Shown here: in pieces, positions 1-12,112 of the stretch
How positions within the stretch are numbered: position 1 is the stretch's first letter
Layout: the number at the start of each line of letters is the position of its first letter
Origin: Rhodocyclales bacterium
GTDB taxonomy: Bacteria; Pseudomonadota; Gammaproteobacteria; Burkholderiales; Rhodocyclaceae
Assembly (NCBI GenBank): GCA_016215645.1
Contig: JACRIX010000078.1
Span: forward strand, 16,905-80,904
DNA length: 64,000 nucleotides
Direction of reading: 5' to 3'
Notes under the pieces: model-generated
The model's database searches: none
What the model saw: the letters and a program-made list of their open reading frames with translations, nothing else
Told to the model about the DNA's origin: nothing
Program-made: the position numbers and the translations under genes

Positions 1-1
1 C

Positions 2-463
<462 letters not shown>

Positions 464-469
464 TACCCC

Positions 470-1264
470 ATGCTGATCCATCCCCAGTTCGACCCCATCG
501 CGATTTCTGTTGGGCCGCTGGCCGTGCGCTGGTATGGCCTGATGTACCTCGCGGGTTTTGTCGCCTTCATCTGGCTGGGCAAACGCCGCGCCGCGGCGCA
601 GCCCTGGCAGGGGATGAGCGCACAGGATGTCGACGACCTGCTGTTCTATGGCGTGCTCGGCGTGATTCTGGGTGGCAGGCTGGGTCAGGTGCTGTTCTAC
701 GAACCCGGCTACTACCTGTCGCATCCGCTGGAAATCCTCGCCGTCTGGAAGGGCGGCATGGCCTTCCATGGCGGCTTCCTCGGCGTGCTGGTGGCGATGG
801 CGCTCTGGGCGCGAAAATCCGGCCGGACTTTCTTTCAGGTCACCGACTTCATCGCGCCGCTGGTGCCGCTGGGCCTGATGGCCGGACGAATCGGCAATTT
901 CATCAACGGTGAGCTGTGGGGCCGGGTGGCCGATGCATCGTTACCGTGGGCCATGGTATTCCCGCATGTCGATCGCCTGCCGCGACATCCTTCGCCCCTG
1001 TATCAGGCGGCGGGCGAGGGCTTGCTGCTGTTCCTGATCCTCTGGTGGTTTTCCGCTCGTCGCCGCGCCGTGGGTGCCGTCTCCGGCATGTTCCTGATCG
1101 GATACGGCGTCCTGCGCTTCCTTGCCGAGTTTTTCCGCGAGCCGGACCACGGCATCTTCGGCCTGTCCTACACGGTGAGCATGGGGCAATGGCTGAGCCT
1201 GCCGATGATTCTGTTCGGACTATGGTTGCTGCTGAAAAAATCGGGCACTCCGGATGCCGGCTGA
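470..1264 (+). CDS. lgt: Prolipoprotein diacylglyceryl transferase
   Basis: [34 protein letters not shown] and RHPSPLY motifs. Confidence 0.97.
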   Translation: MLIHPQFDPIAISVGPLAVRWYGLMYLAGFVAFIWLGKRRAAAQPWQGMSAQDVDDLLFYGVLGVILGGRLGQVLFYEPGYYLSHPLEILAVWKGGMAFHGGFLGVLVAMALWARKSGRTFFQVTDFIAPLVPLGLMAGRIGNFINGELWGRVADASLPWAMVFPHVDRLPRHPSPLYQAAGEGLLLFLILWWFSARRRAVGAVSGMFLIGYGVLRFLAEFFREPDHGIFGLSYTVSMGQWLSLPMILFGLWLLLKKSGTPDAG

Positions 1265-1434
1265 GGAGGAGGTGCAGTAGCCGGCATCCGGTGGCGACTT
1301 TGTGCCGAAGCCGCCAGGGCCCAAGCAATCAGGTCGAGGATGCGATCCCCGGCGCCCGTCCGTACCCAGGAGACGGGCTGACTGCTTGTGGCTAGTCTCG
1401 CGCAGCGGCCTTTACCCGGCCATCGGGGAATCCC

Positions 1435-2112
1435 TTATATCGCTCCGTCCGGCGAAATGAGCCCGTTGCGCATGGCAAAACGGGTCAGGCCGGCGACATC
1501 GCGGATGCCAAGCCGCTCCATGATTTGCGCGCGGTGGGTTTCGACGGTCTTGATGCTGATCGACAGTTTGTCGCCGATGCTGCGTGTGGAATGCCCCTCC
1601 GCCACCAACTGCAGGATCTGGCGCTGGCGCGGCGTAATCTGGTCCAGCGGTGTCGGCGTGTTTGCCGCTCCCTGTTGTACCTGTTGCAGCAATTCGCTGC
1701 CGATGCGCTCGGCAATGCCGGGCGAAATGTACTGTCCGCCGCCGGCGACGACGCGTATCGCCTGCGCCAGTTCCTCGGGCGCGGTGTCCTTGACCACATA
1801 GCCGGCGGCACCGGCGCGCAGGGCTTCGAGGACGTAGCTTTCGGCGGTGTGCATGGATAGCGCGAGACAGCGCGTGGCCGGCGCTTCGCGTGCGGCGCGG
1901 GCGATGACATCGAGCCCGGACAGCCCCGGCATCGTCAGGTCCACCAGTGCCACCGCCGGCTGCAACTGGCGGATCAGGCGCGCCGCGTCGATGCCATCGG
2001 CGGCTTCGGCGATGACATCGCAATTGGCGACGCCACCAAGCAATGCGCGCAACCCGGCGCGCATCAGGGCGTGGTCGTCAGCGAGCAGCAGGCTGGTTCT
2101 TGGTATCGTCAT
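1435..2112 (-). CDS. NarL/FixJ-family response regulator (REC + LuxR HTH)
   Basis: LADDH...VDLTMPGLSG receiver domain and a C-terminal ISIKTVETHRAQIMERL HTH. Confidence 0.92.
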   Translation of the reverse strand: MTIPRTSLLLADDHALMRAGLRALLGGVANCDVIAEAADGIDAARLIRQLQPAVALVDLTMPGLSGLDVIARAAREAPATRCLALSMHTAESYVLEALRAGAAGYVVKDTAPEELAQAIRVVAGGGQYISPGIAERIGSELLQQVQQGAANTPTPLDQITPRQRQILQLVAEGHSTRSIGDKLSISIKTVETHRAQIMERLGIRDVAGLTRFAMRNGLISPDGAI

Positions 2113-3313
2113 GGGTGGTCAGTTCAAATGTGGCATCAATGCGGGTTCCGGCATTCTGCGCGCTTGCCAGGCCGAGGTGGCCCCCCAGGGTATCCACCCG
2201 TTCGCGCATGCCGGGCAGGCCGACACCCGGAGCAACAACATCGCTGTCGAAACCGCGACCATCGTCGATGATGGACACGGCGACGTTGCCATCCGTGGTC
2301 AGCACCGCGATCTCCATGCGGCTGGCGTCGGCGTGTTTCAGTGTGTTGGTGATCCCTTCCTGGACAATGCGATAAATCGCGGTTGCCAGATCCGGTGGCA
2401 AGGTGGGCAAGGGGCTGGCAGTGAAGGAAATCGTGATCCCGCTGCGCTTTGCCTGTTGGCGGCAAAGCCAATCCAGGGCAGATGCCAGACCAAGGTCATC
2501 AAGTAGTGCAGGACGCAGGTCCAAAGCGCGGTCGCGGATCTGGGCGATCGTGGCGTCGACAATTTCCAGACCGTCGTGGATTCTGGCAGCGTTCTTTTCG
2601 TCGCTGCCGGGTGACAAGGCTTTGAGGTTGAGCTTGAGCGCGCCGAGTAGTTGCCCGACTTCATCATGCAACTCGCGCGCCAGGGTGCGACGCTCCTCCT
2701 CCTGCACGCGCAGCAGGCGGCGCGAGAGTTCGCGCAGGCGGGATTCCGCCACCCGTTGTTCGGCAGTGCGGGCGGCGACGCGAACTTCGAGCTCTTCGTT
2801 ACTGCGTTTGAGCTCGTCTTCGGCAGCGCGTCGCTGGCGGTTGTCGCGGACCACGATGGCGAAGGCCGCCGCCATCAGCAGGATGACGAGGCCGCCGCCC
2901 GAAATGAGCGCCAGGCGAGCTTGCCGCGACTCCTTCACCAGCGCATAGCGTCGGTCCGCGAGCAGGCCAGTCTCTTCGCCGATCAGCGTCTTGACCGACA
3001 CGCGCGCGCTGTCCTTGCCGAAGCCCAGATCGATGGCTATTTTTTCGAGTGTGGCTGCCGTCTCAGGGCGCTCCGTCATTTTTTCCCGCAGTCCGACAAC
3101 CATGGCCAGCGCGCGTGGCGTTTGGGTCGGCCCATCCTCGATGGTCGCCAGCAATTGCTGCAGCCTGGCGCGTACATCGAGGGAATGTGAAACCCAATCC
3201 GCCGCCTCGAAGGCATCACTTTGCTGGCGCAGCAGGTAGGCAATCAGGCTCGCGGCCAACAGCAGCGCGGCGGCGACGAAGGCAATGCTCAGGTGCAGGC
3301 GGCGCGGCGTCAT
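2078..3313 (-). CDS. Membrane sensor histidine kinase (HisKA_3 type), partner of the adjacent regulator
   Basis: Two TM segments, ERRTLARELHDEVGQ H-box, QEGITNTLKHA, DDGRGFD and GVGLPGMRER. Overlaps the regulator gene. Confidence 0.92.
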   Translation of the reverse strand: MTPRRLHLSIAFVAAALLLAASLIAYLLRQQSDAFEAADWVSHSLDVRARLQQLLATIEDGPTQTPRALAMVVGLREKMTERPETAATLEKIAIDLGFGKDSARVSVKTLIGEETGLLADRRYALVKESRQARLALISGGGLVILLMAAAFAIVVRDNRQRRAAEDELKRSNEELEVRVAARTAEQRVAESRLRELSRRLLRVQEEERRTLARELHDEVGQLLGALKLNLKALSPGSDEKNAARIHDGLEIVDATIAQIRDRALDLRPALLDDLGLASALDWLCRQQAKRSGITISFTASPLPTLPPDLATAIYRIVQEGITNTLKHADASRMEIAVLTTDGNVAVSIIDDGRGFDSDVVAPGVGLPGMRERVDTLGGHLGLASAQNAGTRIDATFELTTHDDTKNQPAAR

Positions 3314-3334
3314 GACCCGAAGCGTCGCACCAGG

Positions 3335-4195
3335 CTAGCGGAACACCACCGTCTTGTTGCCATGGACCAGGACGCGGTCTTCGAGGTGGTAGCGCAGACC
3401 GCGGGCGAGGACGGTCTTTTCGATGTCCTTGCCGTAGCGCACCATGTCCTCCGGTGAATCCGAATGGTCGATGCGGATGACATCCTGCTCGATGATCGGC
3501 CCCTGGTCGAGCTCCGAGGTGACGTAATGACAGGTCGCGCCGATCAGCTTCACGCCCCGCTGGTAGGCCTGGTGATAGGGCTTGGCGCCGACGAAGCTGG
3601 GCAGGAAGCTGTGGTGGATGTTGAGTATCCGGCTCGGATAGGCGCGGCACAGCTCCGGCGACAGGATCTGCATGTAGCGCGCCAGCACCATGGTATCGCC
3701 GCGCAACTCTTCGAACAGGCGCTGCACTTCGGCGTAGGCCTGCGCCTTGTTTTCCGCGGTGACCGGTACATGGTGAAACGGGATGCCATGCCATTCGACG
3801 AAACCCCGCAGGGCATCGTGGTTCGATATCACGCAGGGAATCTCGATGTCGAGTTCCCCGGATTGCCAGCGCGCCAGCAGGTCGTAGAGACAGTGTTCCT
3901 GCTTGCTGACCATGACCACCACGCGCTTCTTTGCCGCCGAGTCGCCGATGCGCCAGTTCATTTGCAGGGATTCGGCGATGGGCCGGAAGCGTTCGCGAAA
4001 CTCGGCAAGCATGAATGGCACCGAATCCGCCTTGACCTCGATGCGCATGAAGTAGCGGCCGTCCACACTATCGGCGTGGAAGCTGGATTCGAGGATCCAG
4101 CCCTGGTGTTCGGCGATGAAGCCGGTGACGCGCGCGATGATGCCGACCTGGTCGGGGCATGACGCGGACAGCGTGTAGAAGCGTTCTCTGTGCAT
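3335..4195 (-). CDS. purU: Formyltetrahydrofolate deformylase
   Basis: N-terminal ACT domain ([10 protein letters not shown]), LARYMQIL and [19 protein letters not shown]. Confidence 0.97.
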   Translation of the reverse strand: MHRERFYTLSASCPDQVGIIARVTGFIAEHQGWILESSFHADSVDGRYFMRIEVKADSVPFMLAEFRERFRPIAESLQMNWRIGDSAAKKRVVVMVSKQEHCLYDLLARWQSGELDIEIPCVISNHDALRGFVEWHGIPFHHVPVTAENKAQAYAEVQRLFEELRGDTMVLARYMQILSPELCRAYPSRILNIHHSFLPSFVGAKPYHQAYQRGVKLIGATCHYVTSELDQGPIIEQDVIRIDHSDSPEDMVRYGKDIEKTVLARGLRYHLEDRVLVHGNKTVVFR

Positions 4196-4803
4196 CAGAC
4201 GCGGGCGGACGCCTTGTCGATCTCGGCACGGAGTTCAGCGTAGTTCATGGTCACCGGGAACTGCGGAAACTCGTCGATCACATTCTGCGGGGGGTGGAAC
4301 AGGATGCCGGCGTGGGCCTCGGCCAGCATCGCGGTGTCGTTGTAGGAGTCGCCGGCGGCGATCACCTTGAAGTTGATCTGCCGAAAGCGCTTGACTGCTT
4401 CCATCTTCTGGTTGGGCATGCGCAGGTGGTAATTCACCAGAAAGCCCTCGGCATTCGCTTCGAGTTTGTGGCAGAACAGGGTCGGCATGCCGAGCTGGGC
4501 CATCAGCGGCATGGCGAACTCGTAGAAGGTGTCCGAAAGGATGATGACCTGGTAGTCCTTGCGCAGGTCGTCGAGGAAATCCCTGGCGCCCACCATCGGC
4601 CCCATGTCGGAGATGACCTTCCGGATGTCCGGCAGGCCCAGTCCGTGGGTCTTCAGCAGCCCAAGCCGATACTTCATCAGCTTGTCGTAGTCCGGCTCGT
4701 CGCGCGTGGTACGGGAAAGCTCCGGGATACCGGTGCGCTTGGAAAACTCGATCCAGATTTCGGGAACGAGCACGCCTTCGAGGTCGAGACAGACAAGTTG
4801 CAC
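4195..4803 (-). CDS. thrH: Phosphoserine phosphatase / phosphoserine:homoserine phosphotransferase
   Basis: HAD motif [22 protein letters not shown] and AAGDSYND. Start placed at the GTG at 4803. The stop overlaps the purU start. Confidence 0.92.
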   Translation of the reverse strand: MQLVCLDLEGVLVPEIWIEFSKRTGIPELSRTTRDEPDYDKLMKYRLGLLKTHGLGLPDIRKVISDMGPMVGARDFLDDLRKDYQVIILSDTFYEFAMPLMAQLGMPTLFCHKLEANAEGFLVNYHLRMPNQKMEAVKRFRQINFKVIAAGDSYNDTAMLAEAHAGILFHPPQNVIDEFPQFPVTMNYAELRAEIDKASARV

Positions 4804-5055
4804 GGAGGTTCTCCAGAAGTCGGCGCTGGCGATACGCCAATTTGGTGCCGGGGCGGGGAGGAAAGAGGAGATTTTACCCGTCGGCCGGCGCGTGCGGTGC
4901 AACACAGCCTTGCGCTGGCGTTTCCCGCTGGCGGTTACACCCAATATAATCAGCAGCCTGGCCCGGACACCGGGGCGCGTTGCCTCGCGGTATTGGCCGG
5001 GTCGGTATATTTACGCACTGCCGGATATTTCGTCGCGTCCAAAGGTCATATTGCC

Positions 5056-6309
5056 GTGCAGTTGTACGCTCTGGGCATCAACCATCATACGGCCCCGCTG
5101 GCAGTCCGCGAGCAGGTGGCGTTCGACCCGTCGCTGATGGGCCAGGCGTTGCACGACCTGCTGCGCGAGAAATCGGTACGCGAAGCGGCGATTCTGTCCA
5201 CCTGCAATCGCACCGAACTCTACTGCGCCGCCGAGCATCCACAGTTCGCCGCCGACTGGCTGGCCGAATACCACTCGCTGGCGCCGCAGAAGATCCATCC
5301 CTATCTGTACCAGCATCCGCAGCAGGACGCCGTACGCCATATGTTTCGCGTGGCCGCCGGCCTGGACTCGATGGTGCTGGGCGAACCGCAGATCCTCGGC
5401 CAGATGAAGCAGGCGGCGCGCGCCGCTGAAGCGGCCGGAACCCTGGGCACGGTACTGGGCAAGCTGTTCCAGCGCACCTTTGCCGTGGCCAAGGAGGTGC
5501 GCTCGACCACTGCCATCGGTGCCAACACGGTGTCCATGGCGGCGGCGGCAGTGCATTTGTCGGCGCGGATCTTCGACAGCCTGGGTACGCAGAAGCTGCT
5601 GTTCGTCGGCGCCGGCGAGATGATCGAACTCTGCGCGGCGCACTTTGCCGCCCACAAGCCCAGGCGCCTGACCATCGCCAACAGAACCGTGGAGCGTGGC
5701 GCGGACCTGGCGGCGCGCTTCGGCGGCGACGCGATGCGCCTGGACCAGTTGGGCGAGCGCCTCGCCGACTATGACATAGTCGTGTCCTGCACGGCAAGTT
5801 CCTTGCCCATCATCGGCCTGGGGATGGTCGAACGGGCGCTCAAGGCGCGTCGCCATCGGCCGATGGTGATGGTCGACCTGGCGGTGCCGCGCGATGTCGA
5901 GGAAGAAGTCAGCCGGCTCGACGACGTCTTTCTCTACACCCTGGATGATCTCGGTCAGATCGTCGAGTCCGGGCTAGAGTCACGCCAGGCGGCAGTGGTC
6001 GAGGCCGAGGCCATCATCACCGATCGCGTCAGCGGTTTTCTGCAGTGGCTGGAAGCGAGGGACACGGTGCCCACCATCCGCGCACTGCGCGATGCCGGCG
6101 AGCGCGCGCGGCGCCATGAGGTCGAAAATGCCCTGAAGCTGCTGGCCAAGGGTGAAGATCCGTCCAGGGTACTGGATGCCTTGTCGCACGGCCTGACCAA
6201 CAAGCTGTTGCACCCGCCGACCCAGGCGCTCAACCAGGCAGAAGGCAACGATCGTGCCGAAGTCTCGGCGTTGATATCCCGCATCTATCGCCTCAACTCC
6301 GGGGAGTAG
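5056..6309 (+). CDS. hemA: Glutamyl-tRNA reductase
   Basis: [31 protein letters not shown] and DLAVPRD. The likely start is the GTG at 5056, not the 716-aa ORF start. Confidence 0.96.
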   Translation: MQLYALGINHHTAPLAVREQVAFDPSLMGQALHDLLREKSVREAAILSTCNRTELYCAAEHPQFAADWLAEYHSLAPQKIHPYLYQHPQQDAVRHMFRVAAGLDSMVLGEPQILGQMKQAARAAEAAGTLGTVLGKLFQRTFAVAKEVRSTTAIGANTVSMAAAAVHLSARIFDSLGTQKLLFVGAGEMIELCAAHFAAHKPRRLTIANRTVERGADLAARFGGDAMRLDQLGERLADYDIVVSCTASSLPIIGLGMVERALKARRHRPMVMVDLAVPRDVEEEVSRLDDVFLYTLDDLGQIVESGLESRQAAVVEAEAIITDRVSGFLQWLEARDTVPTIRALRDAGERARRHEVENALKLLAKGEDPSRVLDALSHGLTNKLLHPPTQALNQAEGNDRAEVSALISRIYRLNSGE

Positions 6310-6372
6310 CGGCATGACTCCGCATCCACCGCCCGGCGCCGCGGTGCGCCCGATCGCCCGCCGCTGAATCGC

Positions 6373-8847
6373 ATGCCGATATTCGATTTTGCCGGTTGGG
6401 TGCTGAACATCCTGCGCCGCGTCCTCTATCTGGTCACGCGCACCCAGGTTTTCCCGGAGTCTCCCGAAACGCTTGGCTTGCGCGGGGATCGTCCGATCTG
6501 CTATGTGTTGCACGAGCATCACCTCGCCAACCTGCTGGTGCTGGACCACGAGTGCCGCCGTGTCGGCCTGCCGCCAGCCTTGAAGCCGATGCGCGACGCT
6601 GCATTCAGCGCGCCGCGCTCCTACTTCTACCTGTCGCGCAACCTGCGCGGCAACATCGTGCCCAATCCGCGCATCGATCACGCGGCGATGCTCAAGGCCC
6701 TGGTGCGGACGGCCTTCGCCGATCCGCGCTTCGATGTGCAGCTGGTGCCGGTAACCCTGCTTTGGGGACGCGAGCCGGGCAAGCAGGATTCGGTGCTCAA
6801 GGCCTTGTTCGCCGAGACCTGGCAGCAGGTCAGCACGCTGCGCCACCTGTTCGCGATCCTGATCCACGGCCGCCACACGGTGGTGCGATTCAATGCACCG
6901 ATTTCGCTGCGCGAGGTGATCGGCGAAAGCCTCGATGAATCACGCGCCCTGCGCAAGCTGGGACGGATCCTGCGTGTGCATTTCCGTCGCCAGCGCGAAA
7001 TGGCGCTCGGCCCCGATCTATCCCACCGCCGCACCCAATTGCGTTCGTTGCTCAGCACGGCCACCGTGCGCGAGGCGATTTTCCAGGAAGCGCGGAGCGG
7101 ATCGATCTCGATTCCCGACGCGCAGAAGAAAGCGCGTGACTACGCCTTCGAGATTGCCTCCGACTACACCTATTCGGTGGTGCGCGCGTTTGCCCTGTTC
7201 CTGACCTGGGTCTGGAATCGCGTCTACAACGGGGTCGAAGTGCACAATTTCGAGCGCGTGACGACCGTCGCCCCGGGGCACGGCATTATCTACGTGCCCT
7301 GCCATCGCAGCCACATCGACTACCTGTTGCTCTCCTACATCATCTTTACGCGTGGATTGATGGTGCCGCACATCGCTGCCGGGGCCAACCTCAATCTGCC
7401 GGTGGTCGGCTCCGTCCTGCGCCGCTCGGGAGCGTTCTTTCTGCGTCGCAAAATCAAGGGCGATTCGCTCTACACCACGGTCTTCCTCGAATACCTGCAC
7501 ATGATGATCGATCGCGGCTTCCCGATCGAATACTTCATCGAGGGCGGGCGCAGTCGCAGCGGTCGCATGCTCGCGCCCAAGGCCGGCATCCTGGCGATGA
7601 CCGTGCAAAGCTACGTTCGCAGCCGCGCCCGGCCGCTGGTCTTCGTCCCGGTGTATATCGGCTACGAGAAGCTGATGGAAGGCAAGAGCCATCTCGCGGA
7701 ATTGAATGGCCGGCCGAAGAAATCGGAGTCGCTGACCGGCCTGATTGGTGCGGTGCGCCTGCTGCGGCGAAATTTCGGCAAGGTTCATGTGAACTTCGGC
7801 AAACCGGTAGCGCTGGCGGAATTTCTCGATGCCCGCCACCCCTCATGGCGCGAGGATGAGTTCGACGTTCAGGCACCCTGGCTGCGTAGCGCGGTGGTTG
7901 CCACGGCGAACACCCTGGCTGGCGACATCAATGCGGTGGCGGTGGTCAATCCGGTGAATCTGGTCGCACTTGCGCTGCTGTCGACGCCCAAGCATGCCGC
8001 CGACCTGCGCCTGCTCTCGCGACAGATCGAGCACCTTCAATGCATTCTGGCCGAGTCGCCATGGGCCGAGACCATCGTTCCCTGCGAGCAATCGGCCGAG
8101 GTCGTGATCGACTACGTGATCGGGCTCGATATGGTCCAGCGCCATGCCCATCCGCTGGGCGATATGGTTCGGGCCGACGAAACCCAGGCCGCGCTGCTGG
8201 CCTATTTCCGCAACAACGTGCTGCACCTGCTGGCGCTGCCCGCGCTGCTCGCCTGCCTGGTCAGCCACAACCAGAGCCTGACGCGCCAGCGTGCCAGGCA
8301 GGCGATCCACGGCATCTATGGCCTGCTTGGCGCCGACCTGTTCCTGCCCTGGCGGGGCGATGAACTTGACAGGGTGATCGATCGCGCCGAGGCCACGCTT
8401 CGGGGGCGGGGCCTGATCCTGTCCGGCGATGACGACACGCTGCGCGCGCCGCCACCCAACAGCGAGGCCAGCCCGGAGCTGCGGCAACTGGGCGAGATCA
8501 TCCGGCCGACTCTGGAGCGGCAGTTCCTCACGCTGGCGCTATTGCAGCACAGCGGCAGCGGCAGGCTGACCCGCGCCAGGCTGGAGGAGGATACGCACCT
8601 CCTGGCCCAGCGCCTGGCGATGCTCTACGAATTCAACCCGGCGGAATTTTCGGAAAAGCTGCTGTTTGCCAACGTCATTCGCCGCCTGATCGACGGCGAC
8701 CTGCTCGAGGTTGATGGTGACGGCCTGCTGTGTTTCGACGAGCGCATCACCCAGGCGGTGGCGCAGACCGAGTTGCTGCTGGCAGCCGAGGTGCGCCACA
8801 GCATCGATCTGATTGCCCGCGCCGCCGTGCCCGCGGCGAACCCATGA
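6373..8847 (+). CDS. plsB: Glycerol-3-phosphate O-acyltransferase
   Basis: PCHRSHIDYLLLSY (HX4D), GAFFLRR and YFIEGGRSRSG motifs; 824 aa. Confidence 0.93.
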   Translation: MPIFDFAGWVLNILRRVLYLVTRTQVFPESPETLGLRGDRPICYVLHEHHLANLLVLDHECRRVGLPPALKPMRDAAFSAPRSYFYLSRNLRGNIVPNPRIDHAAMLKALVRTAFADPRFDVQLVPVTLLWGREPGKQDSVLKALFAETWQQVSTLRHLFAILIHGRHTVVRFNAPISLREVIGESLDESRALRKLGRILRVHFRRQREMALGPDLSHRRTQLRSLLSTATVREAIFQEARSGSISIPDAQKKARDYAFEIASDYTYSVVRAFALFLTWVWNRVYNGVEVHNFERVTTVAPGHGIIYVPCHRSHIDYLLLSYIIFTRGLMVPHIAAGANLNLPVVGSVLRRSGAFFLRRKIKGDSLYTTVFLEYLHMMIDRGFPIEYFIEGGRSRSGRMLAPKAGILAMTVQSYVRSRARPLVFVPVYIGYEKLMEGKSHLAELNGRPKKSESLTGLIGAVRLLRRNFGKVHVNFGKPVALAEFLDARHPSWREDEFDVQAPWLRSAVVATANTLAGDINAVAVVNPVNLVALALLSTPKHAADLRLLSRQIEHLQCILAESPWAETIVPCEQSAEVVIDYVIGLDMVQRHAHPLGDMVRADETQAALLAYFRNNVLHLLALPALLACLVSHNQSLTRQRARQAIHGIYGLLGADLFLPWRGDELDRVIDRAEATLRGRGLILSGDDDTLRAPPPNSEASPELRQLGEIIRPTLERQFLTLALLQHSGSGRLTRARLEEDTHLLAQRLAMLYEFNPAEFSEKLLFANVIRRLIDGDLLEVDGDGLLCFDERITQAVAQTELLLAAEVRHSIDLIARAAVPAANP

Positions 8848-8876
8848 GCCCGTGTTCCGGGCGCTGAACCGAAGCC

Positions 8877-9953
8877 ATGAAACCAAGCATCCTCGAAAAA
8901 CTGGAACGCCTGAGCGAACGACTGGAGGAGATCGACGGCCTGCTCGGCGGCGAACATGCGGCGCGCGACATGGATGGCTATCGCAAGCTGACTCGCGAGC
9001 GTTCCGACATCCTGCCGGTGGTCGAACTGTTCCATGCTTACCGTAGCGCCAGCGCCGACTTTGCCGGCGCCGGAGACATGCTCGACGATCCCGAGATGAA
9101 GGAGCTGGCGCAGGCCGAGCAGCAGGCGGCGACCGAGACCATGTCCCGGCTTGAAGTCGACTTGCAGTGCGCCCTGCTGCCCAAGGATCCCAACGACGAC
9201 AAGAACCTCTTCCTCGAAATCCGCGCCGGGACGGGTGGCGACGAGTCGGCCCTGTTTGCCGCCGACCTGTTCCGCATGTACGGCCGCTATGCCGAGCGCC
9301 AGCGCTGGAAGGTGGAGATCGTTTCGCGCAGTGAGTCCGATCTGGGCGGCTTTCGCGAGATCATCGCTCGCGTGGAAGGCAAAGGTGCGTATTCGCGGTT
9401 GAAGTTCGAATCGGGGGGCCACCGCGTGCAGCGTGTGCCGGTGACCGAAACCCAGGGCCGCATCCACACCTCGGCCTGCACCGTGGCGGTGATGCCTGAA
9501 GCCGATGCGCTGTGTGACGTGGACATCAACCCCGCCGATTTGCGCATCGACACCTTCCGCGCTTCCGGCGCCGGCGGCCAGCACATCAACAAGACCGATT
9601 CGGCCGTGCGCATTACCCACGTGCCGACGGGCATCGTCGTCGAATGCCAGGATGATCGCTCACAGCATCGCAACAAGGCCCAGGCCATGTCGGTGCTGGC
9701 GGCGCGCATCAACGATGCCCAGCAGCGGGCGCAGCAGCAGCAGATTGCCAGCACACGCAAGAGCCTGATCGGATCGGGCGATCGCTCGGAGCGCATCCGC
9801 ACCTACAACTTTCCGCAAGGGCGGGTCACCGACCATCGTATCAACCTGACGCTCTACAAGATCGACGCCATCATGGACGGCGACCTGGACGAGCTGCTGG
9901 GGGCTCTGCGGACAGAGCATCAGGCCGAGCAACTGGCGGCGCTGGCCGAATGA
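8877..9953 (+). CDS. prfA: Peptide chain release factor 1
   Basis: [11 protein letters not shown] anticodon motif and GGQ motif. Confidence 0.98.
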   Translation: MKPSILEKLERLSERLEEIDGLLGGEHAARDMDGYRKLTRERSDILPVVELFHAYRSASADFAGAGDMLDDPEMKELAQAEQQAATETMSRLEVDLQCALLPKDPNDDKNLFLEIRAGTGGDESALFAADLFRMYGRYAERQRWKVEIVSRSESDLGGFREIIARVEGKGAYSRLKFESGGHRVQRVPVTETQGRIHTSACTVAVMPEADALCDVDINPADLRIDTFRASGAGGQHINKTDSAVRITHVPTGIVVECQDDRSQHRNKAQAMSVLAARINDAQQRAQQQQIASTRKSLIGSGDRSERIRTYNFPQGRVTDHRINLTLYKIDAIMDGDLDELLGALRTEHQAEQLAALAE

Positions 9954-10798
9954 CGACGGTTGCCGCGGCACTTGCGGCGGCGCGGGCGAAGCTGCCGGCG
10001 AACGAGGCACGCTTGCTGCTGGGACAGGTACTTCAGCAAGCGCCGGCGTGGTTGCTGGCCCATGACGACGAGTCCCTCGACGAGGATGCACTGCTGACGT
10101 TTGCGTCGTTTGTCGCACGCCGGGCTGGTGGCGAACCGGTGGCCTATCTACTTGGCTACCGCGAGTTCTTCGGCCGTCGCTTTGGCGTGGGCCCCTCTGT
10201 GTTGATTCCGCGGCCCGAAACGGAATTGCTTGTCGAACTGGCGATCGCAAGAGTCGGCGCTGACGGTACGGCGAACATTCTCGATCTGGGCACGGGCAGC
10301 GGTTGCATCGCGATTACGCTCGCCCTGGAGCTGCCTTTGGCACGGCTTACGGCCGTGGATTCCTCGGCTGAGGCCTTGCGCCTGGCCTCTGCCAACTCCC
10401 TGAGCCTGGGAACTGCCGTCAGGCTGGCGCAGAGCGACTGGTTTTCCGGGCTGACCGGCGAGAAATTTGAATTGATTGTCAGCAACCCGCCTTACGTCGC
10501 GAGTGGGGATTCCCACTTGAGGAGCGGGGATCTGCGCCATGAGCCGTCCCAGGCTCTGGCCAGCGGTGCGGACGGGTTGGACGCGATACGGCAGATCGTG
10601 GCGACGGCGCCACGACACCTTTCGGCGGGTGGCGCGCTGCTGATCGAACATGCTTACGATCAGGCCGTCGCCGTGGGTGAGTTGTTGCGCGCGGCTTCCT
10701 TTTCGGAAATCCGGACATATCCTGACCTTGCAGGCATTTTGCGTGTCACCGGCGCCGTTTTCGCGCCGAAGGACGAGATGCCCACGAATAGCCGATAG
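9950..10798 (+). CDS. prmC: Release factor glutamine methyltransferase
   Basis: [17 protein letters not shown] and VSNPPY; follows prfA. Confidence 0.97.
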   Translation: MTTVAAALAAARAKLPANEARLLLGQVLQQAPAWLLAHDDESLDEDALLTFASFVARRAGGEPVAYLLGYREFFGRRFGVGPSVLIPRPETELLVELAIARVGADGTANILDLGTGSGCIAITLALELPLARLTAVDSSAEALRLASANSLSLGTAVRLAQSDWFSGLTGEKFELIVSNPPYVASGDSHLRSGDLRHEPSQALASGADGLDAIRQIVATAPRHLSAGGALLIEHAYDQAVAVGELLRAASFSEIRTYPDLAGILRVTGAVFAPKDEMPTNSR

Positions 10799-10838
10799 AA
10801 TCGAAGGCGAGAGGGACGAAGTGTGTGAAGGATAGGCA

Positions 10839-11252
10839 ATGAAGTGGAACAACAGTTTTGCCCTAGGCATCGAAGTGATCGACAACCAGCACAAGAAAAT
10901 ATTCGAACGCTTGCTGGCAATCGAGAACGCGGTGGCGAAGCGCGACCCTTGGCATATCCTGCGCTTTCAGCTTGATGAACTTGGCACGTACATGAAGTTT
11001 CATCTTGCCGTTGAAGAGGCAATGCTGGAGGTCATTCGCTACCCCGGTCGACTCCAGCACGCCGAGTCGCATGCGGAAATCATGAAGCAGATTGCCGAAC
11101 TCGAGGAAGCCCTCAAACAGAACTCAAAGGCCGAAGATCTGGTACGTTTCTTCGAGAACTGGTTTCTCAAACACGTGCTGGCCGGTGATCGCGAATACGC
11201 CAATTACATCAAAATGGAATTCGCTGCCTTGATGGAGGGTCGCAACGCCTAA
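10839..11252 (+). CDS. Bacteriohemerythrin (single domain)
   Basis: IDNQHK, HLAVEE, HAESH and WFLKHVLAGD give the di-iron ligand pattern. Confidence 0.88.
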   Translation: MKWNNSFALGIEVIDNQHKKIFERLLAIENAVAKRDPWHILRFQLDELGTYMKFHLAVEEAMLEVIRYPGRLQHAESHAEIMKQIAELEEALKQNSKAEDLVRFFENWFLKHVLAGDREYANYIKMEFAALMEGRNA

Positions 11253-11274
11253 GGAGCGCCGCGGGATCGACCAA

Positions 11275-11308
11275 ACAAAACGGCCCGGGATTTCCCGGGC
11301 CGTTTTGT
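11275..11308. terminator. Bidirectional intrinsic terminator
   Basis: acaaaacggcccggga-tt-tcccgggccgttttgt is a perfect inverted repeat between convergent genes. Confidence 0.85.
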
Positions 11309-11352
11309 CAGTGCCGGAGGCAGCGGACGCTATCCCGCGGAATGCCCGGTTT

Positions 11353-11994
11353 TCAGCGCAATCCGGCGATGTAGTCGGCCACCGCCTTGATCTCGGCGTC
11401 GGTCATCTTGATCGCGACCATGCGCATCATCTTGTTTGGATCATTGGCACGGACACCGTCACGGAAGGCTTTCAGCTGCGCTTCCGTGTACTCGGCGAAT
11501 TGTCCGCCGATGCGCGGATACTGCGCCGGGATTCCGGCGCCGGCCGGACCGTGGCAGGCGGCACAGGCAGGCAGGCCCTTGGTCTGGTCACCACCGCGAT
11601 ACAGCTTCTGGCCAAGCTCGATGGTTTCGCGATTCTTCGCCGTCTCGCCCTTCTGGGTCTGGGAACCGAAGTAGCTTGCGATGTCGCGCATCTGGCCATC
11701 GTCGAAGGCAGCGATCATGCCGTTCATGATGGCATTGACGCGCTCGGGCTGTTTGCCGTCGGCCGCCTTGAAGTTCTTCATCTGCTTGAGCAGGTATTCG
11801 GGATGCTGTCCGGCCAGTTTCGGATTGGCGGCGAGTTGGCTATTGCCATCGGCGCCATGGCAGGCACCGCAAACCGAGGAGGCAATGGGCTGGCCTCGGG
11901 CGGCATCGCCCTTCGGGCTGGCTTTGGCTGCATCGGCCGCGTGAACGCCAAACGCGGTCAGCGCGCAAAGCAGGGCAAGCAGGGAACGCTTCAT
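11353..11994 (-). CDS. Diheme cytochrome c4
   Basis: Signal peptide, two CxxCH motifs (CGACH, CAACH) and Met ligands. Divergent from engB, the usual arrangement. Confidence 0.93.
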   Translation of the reverse strand: MKRSLLALLCALTAFGVHAADAAKASPKGDAARGQPIASSVCGACHGADGNSQLAANPKLAGQHPEYLLKQMKNFKAADGKQPERVNAIMNGMIAAFDDGQMRDIASYFGSQTQKGETAKNRETIELGQKLYRGGDQTKGLPACAACHGPAGAGIPAQYPRIGGQFAEYTEAQLKAFRDGVRANDPNKMMRMVAIKMTDAEIKAVADYIAGLR

Positions 11995-12112
11995 GGGGAA
12001 AACTCCTCGGATTGCCGGGATTCGGAATTTGGAAACCTGATATTCTATCCCAGCTCGACCGATTTCTTTACGTTGGCCAGTGATGGCGGCGCATTTCCGG
12101 TATCAACACCCC

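Noticed and set aside
4159-5055. 716-aa HemA with a 300-aa N-terminal extension
   Set aside because: The extension is the antisense shadow of thrH. HemA homology starts at 5056.
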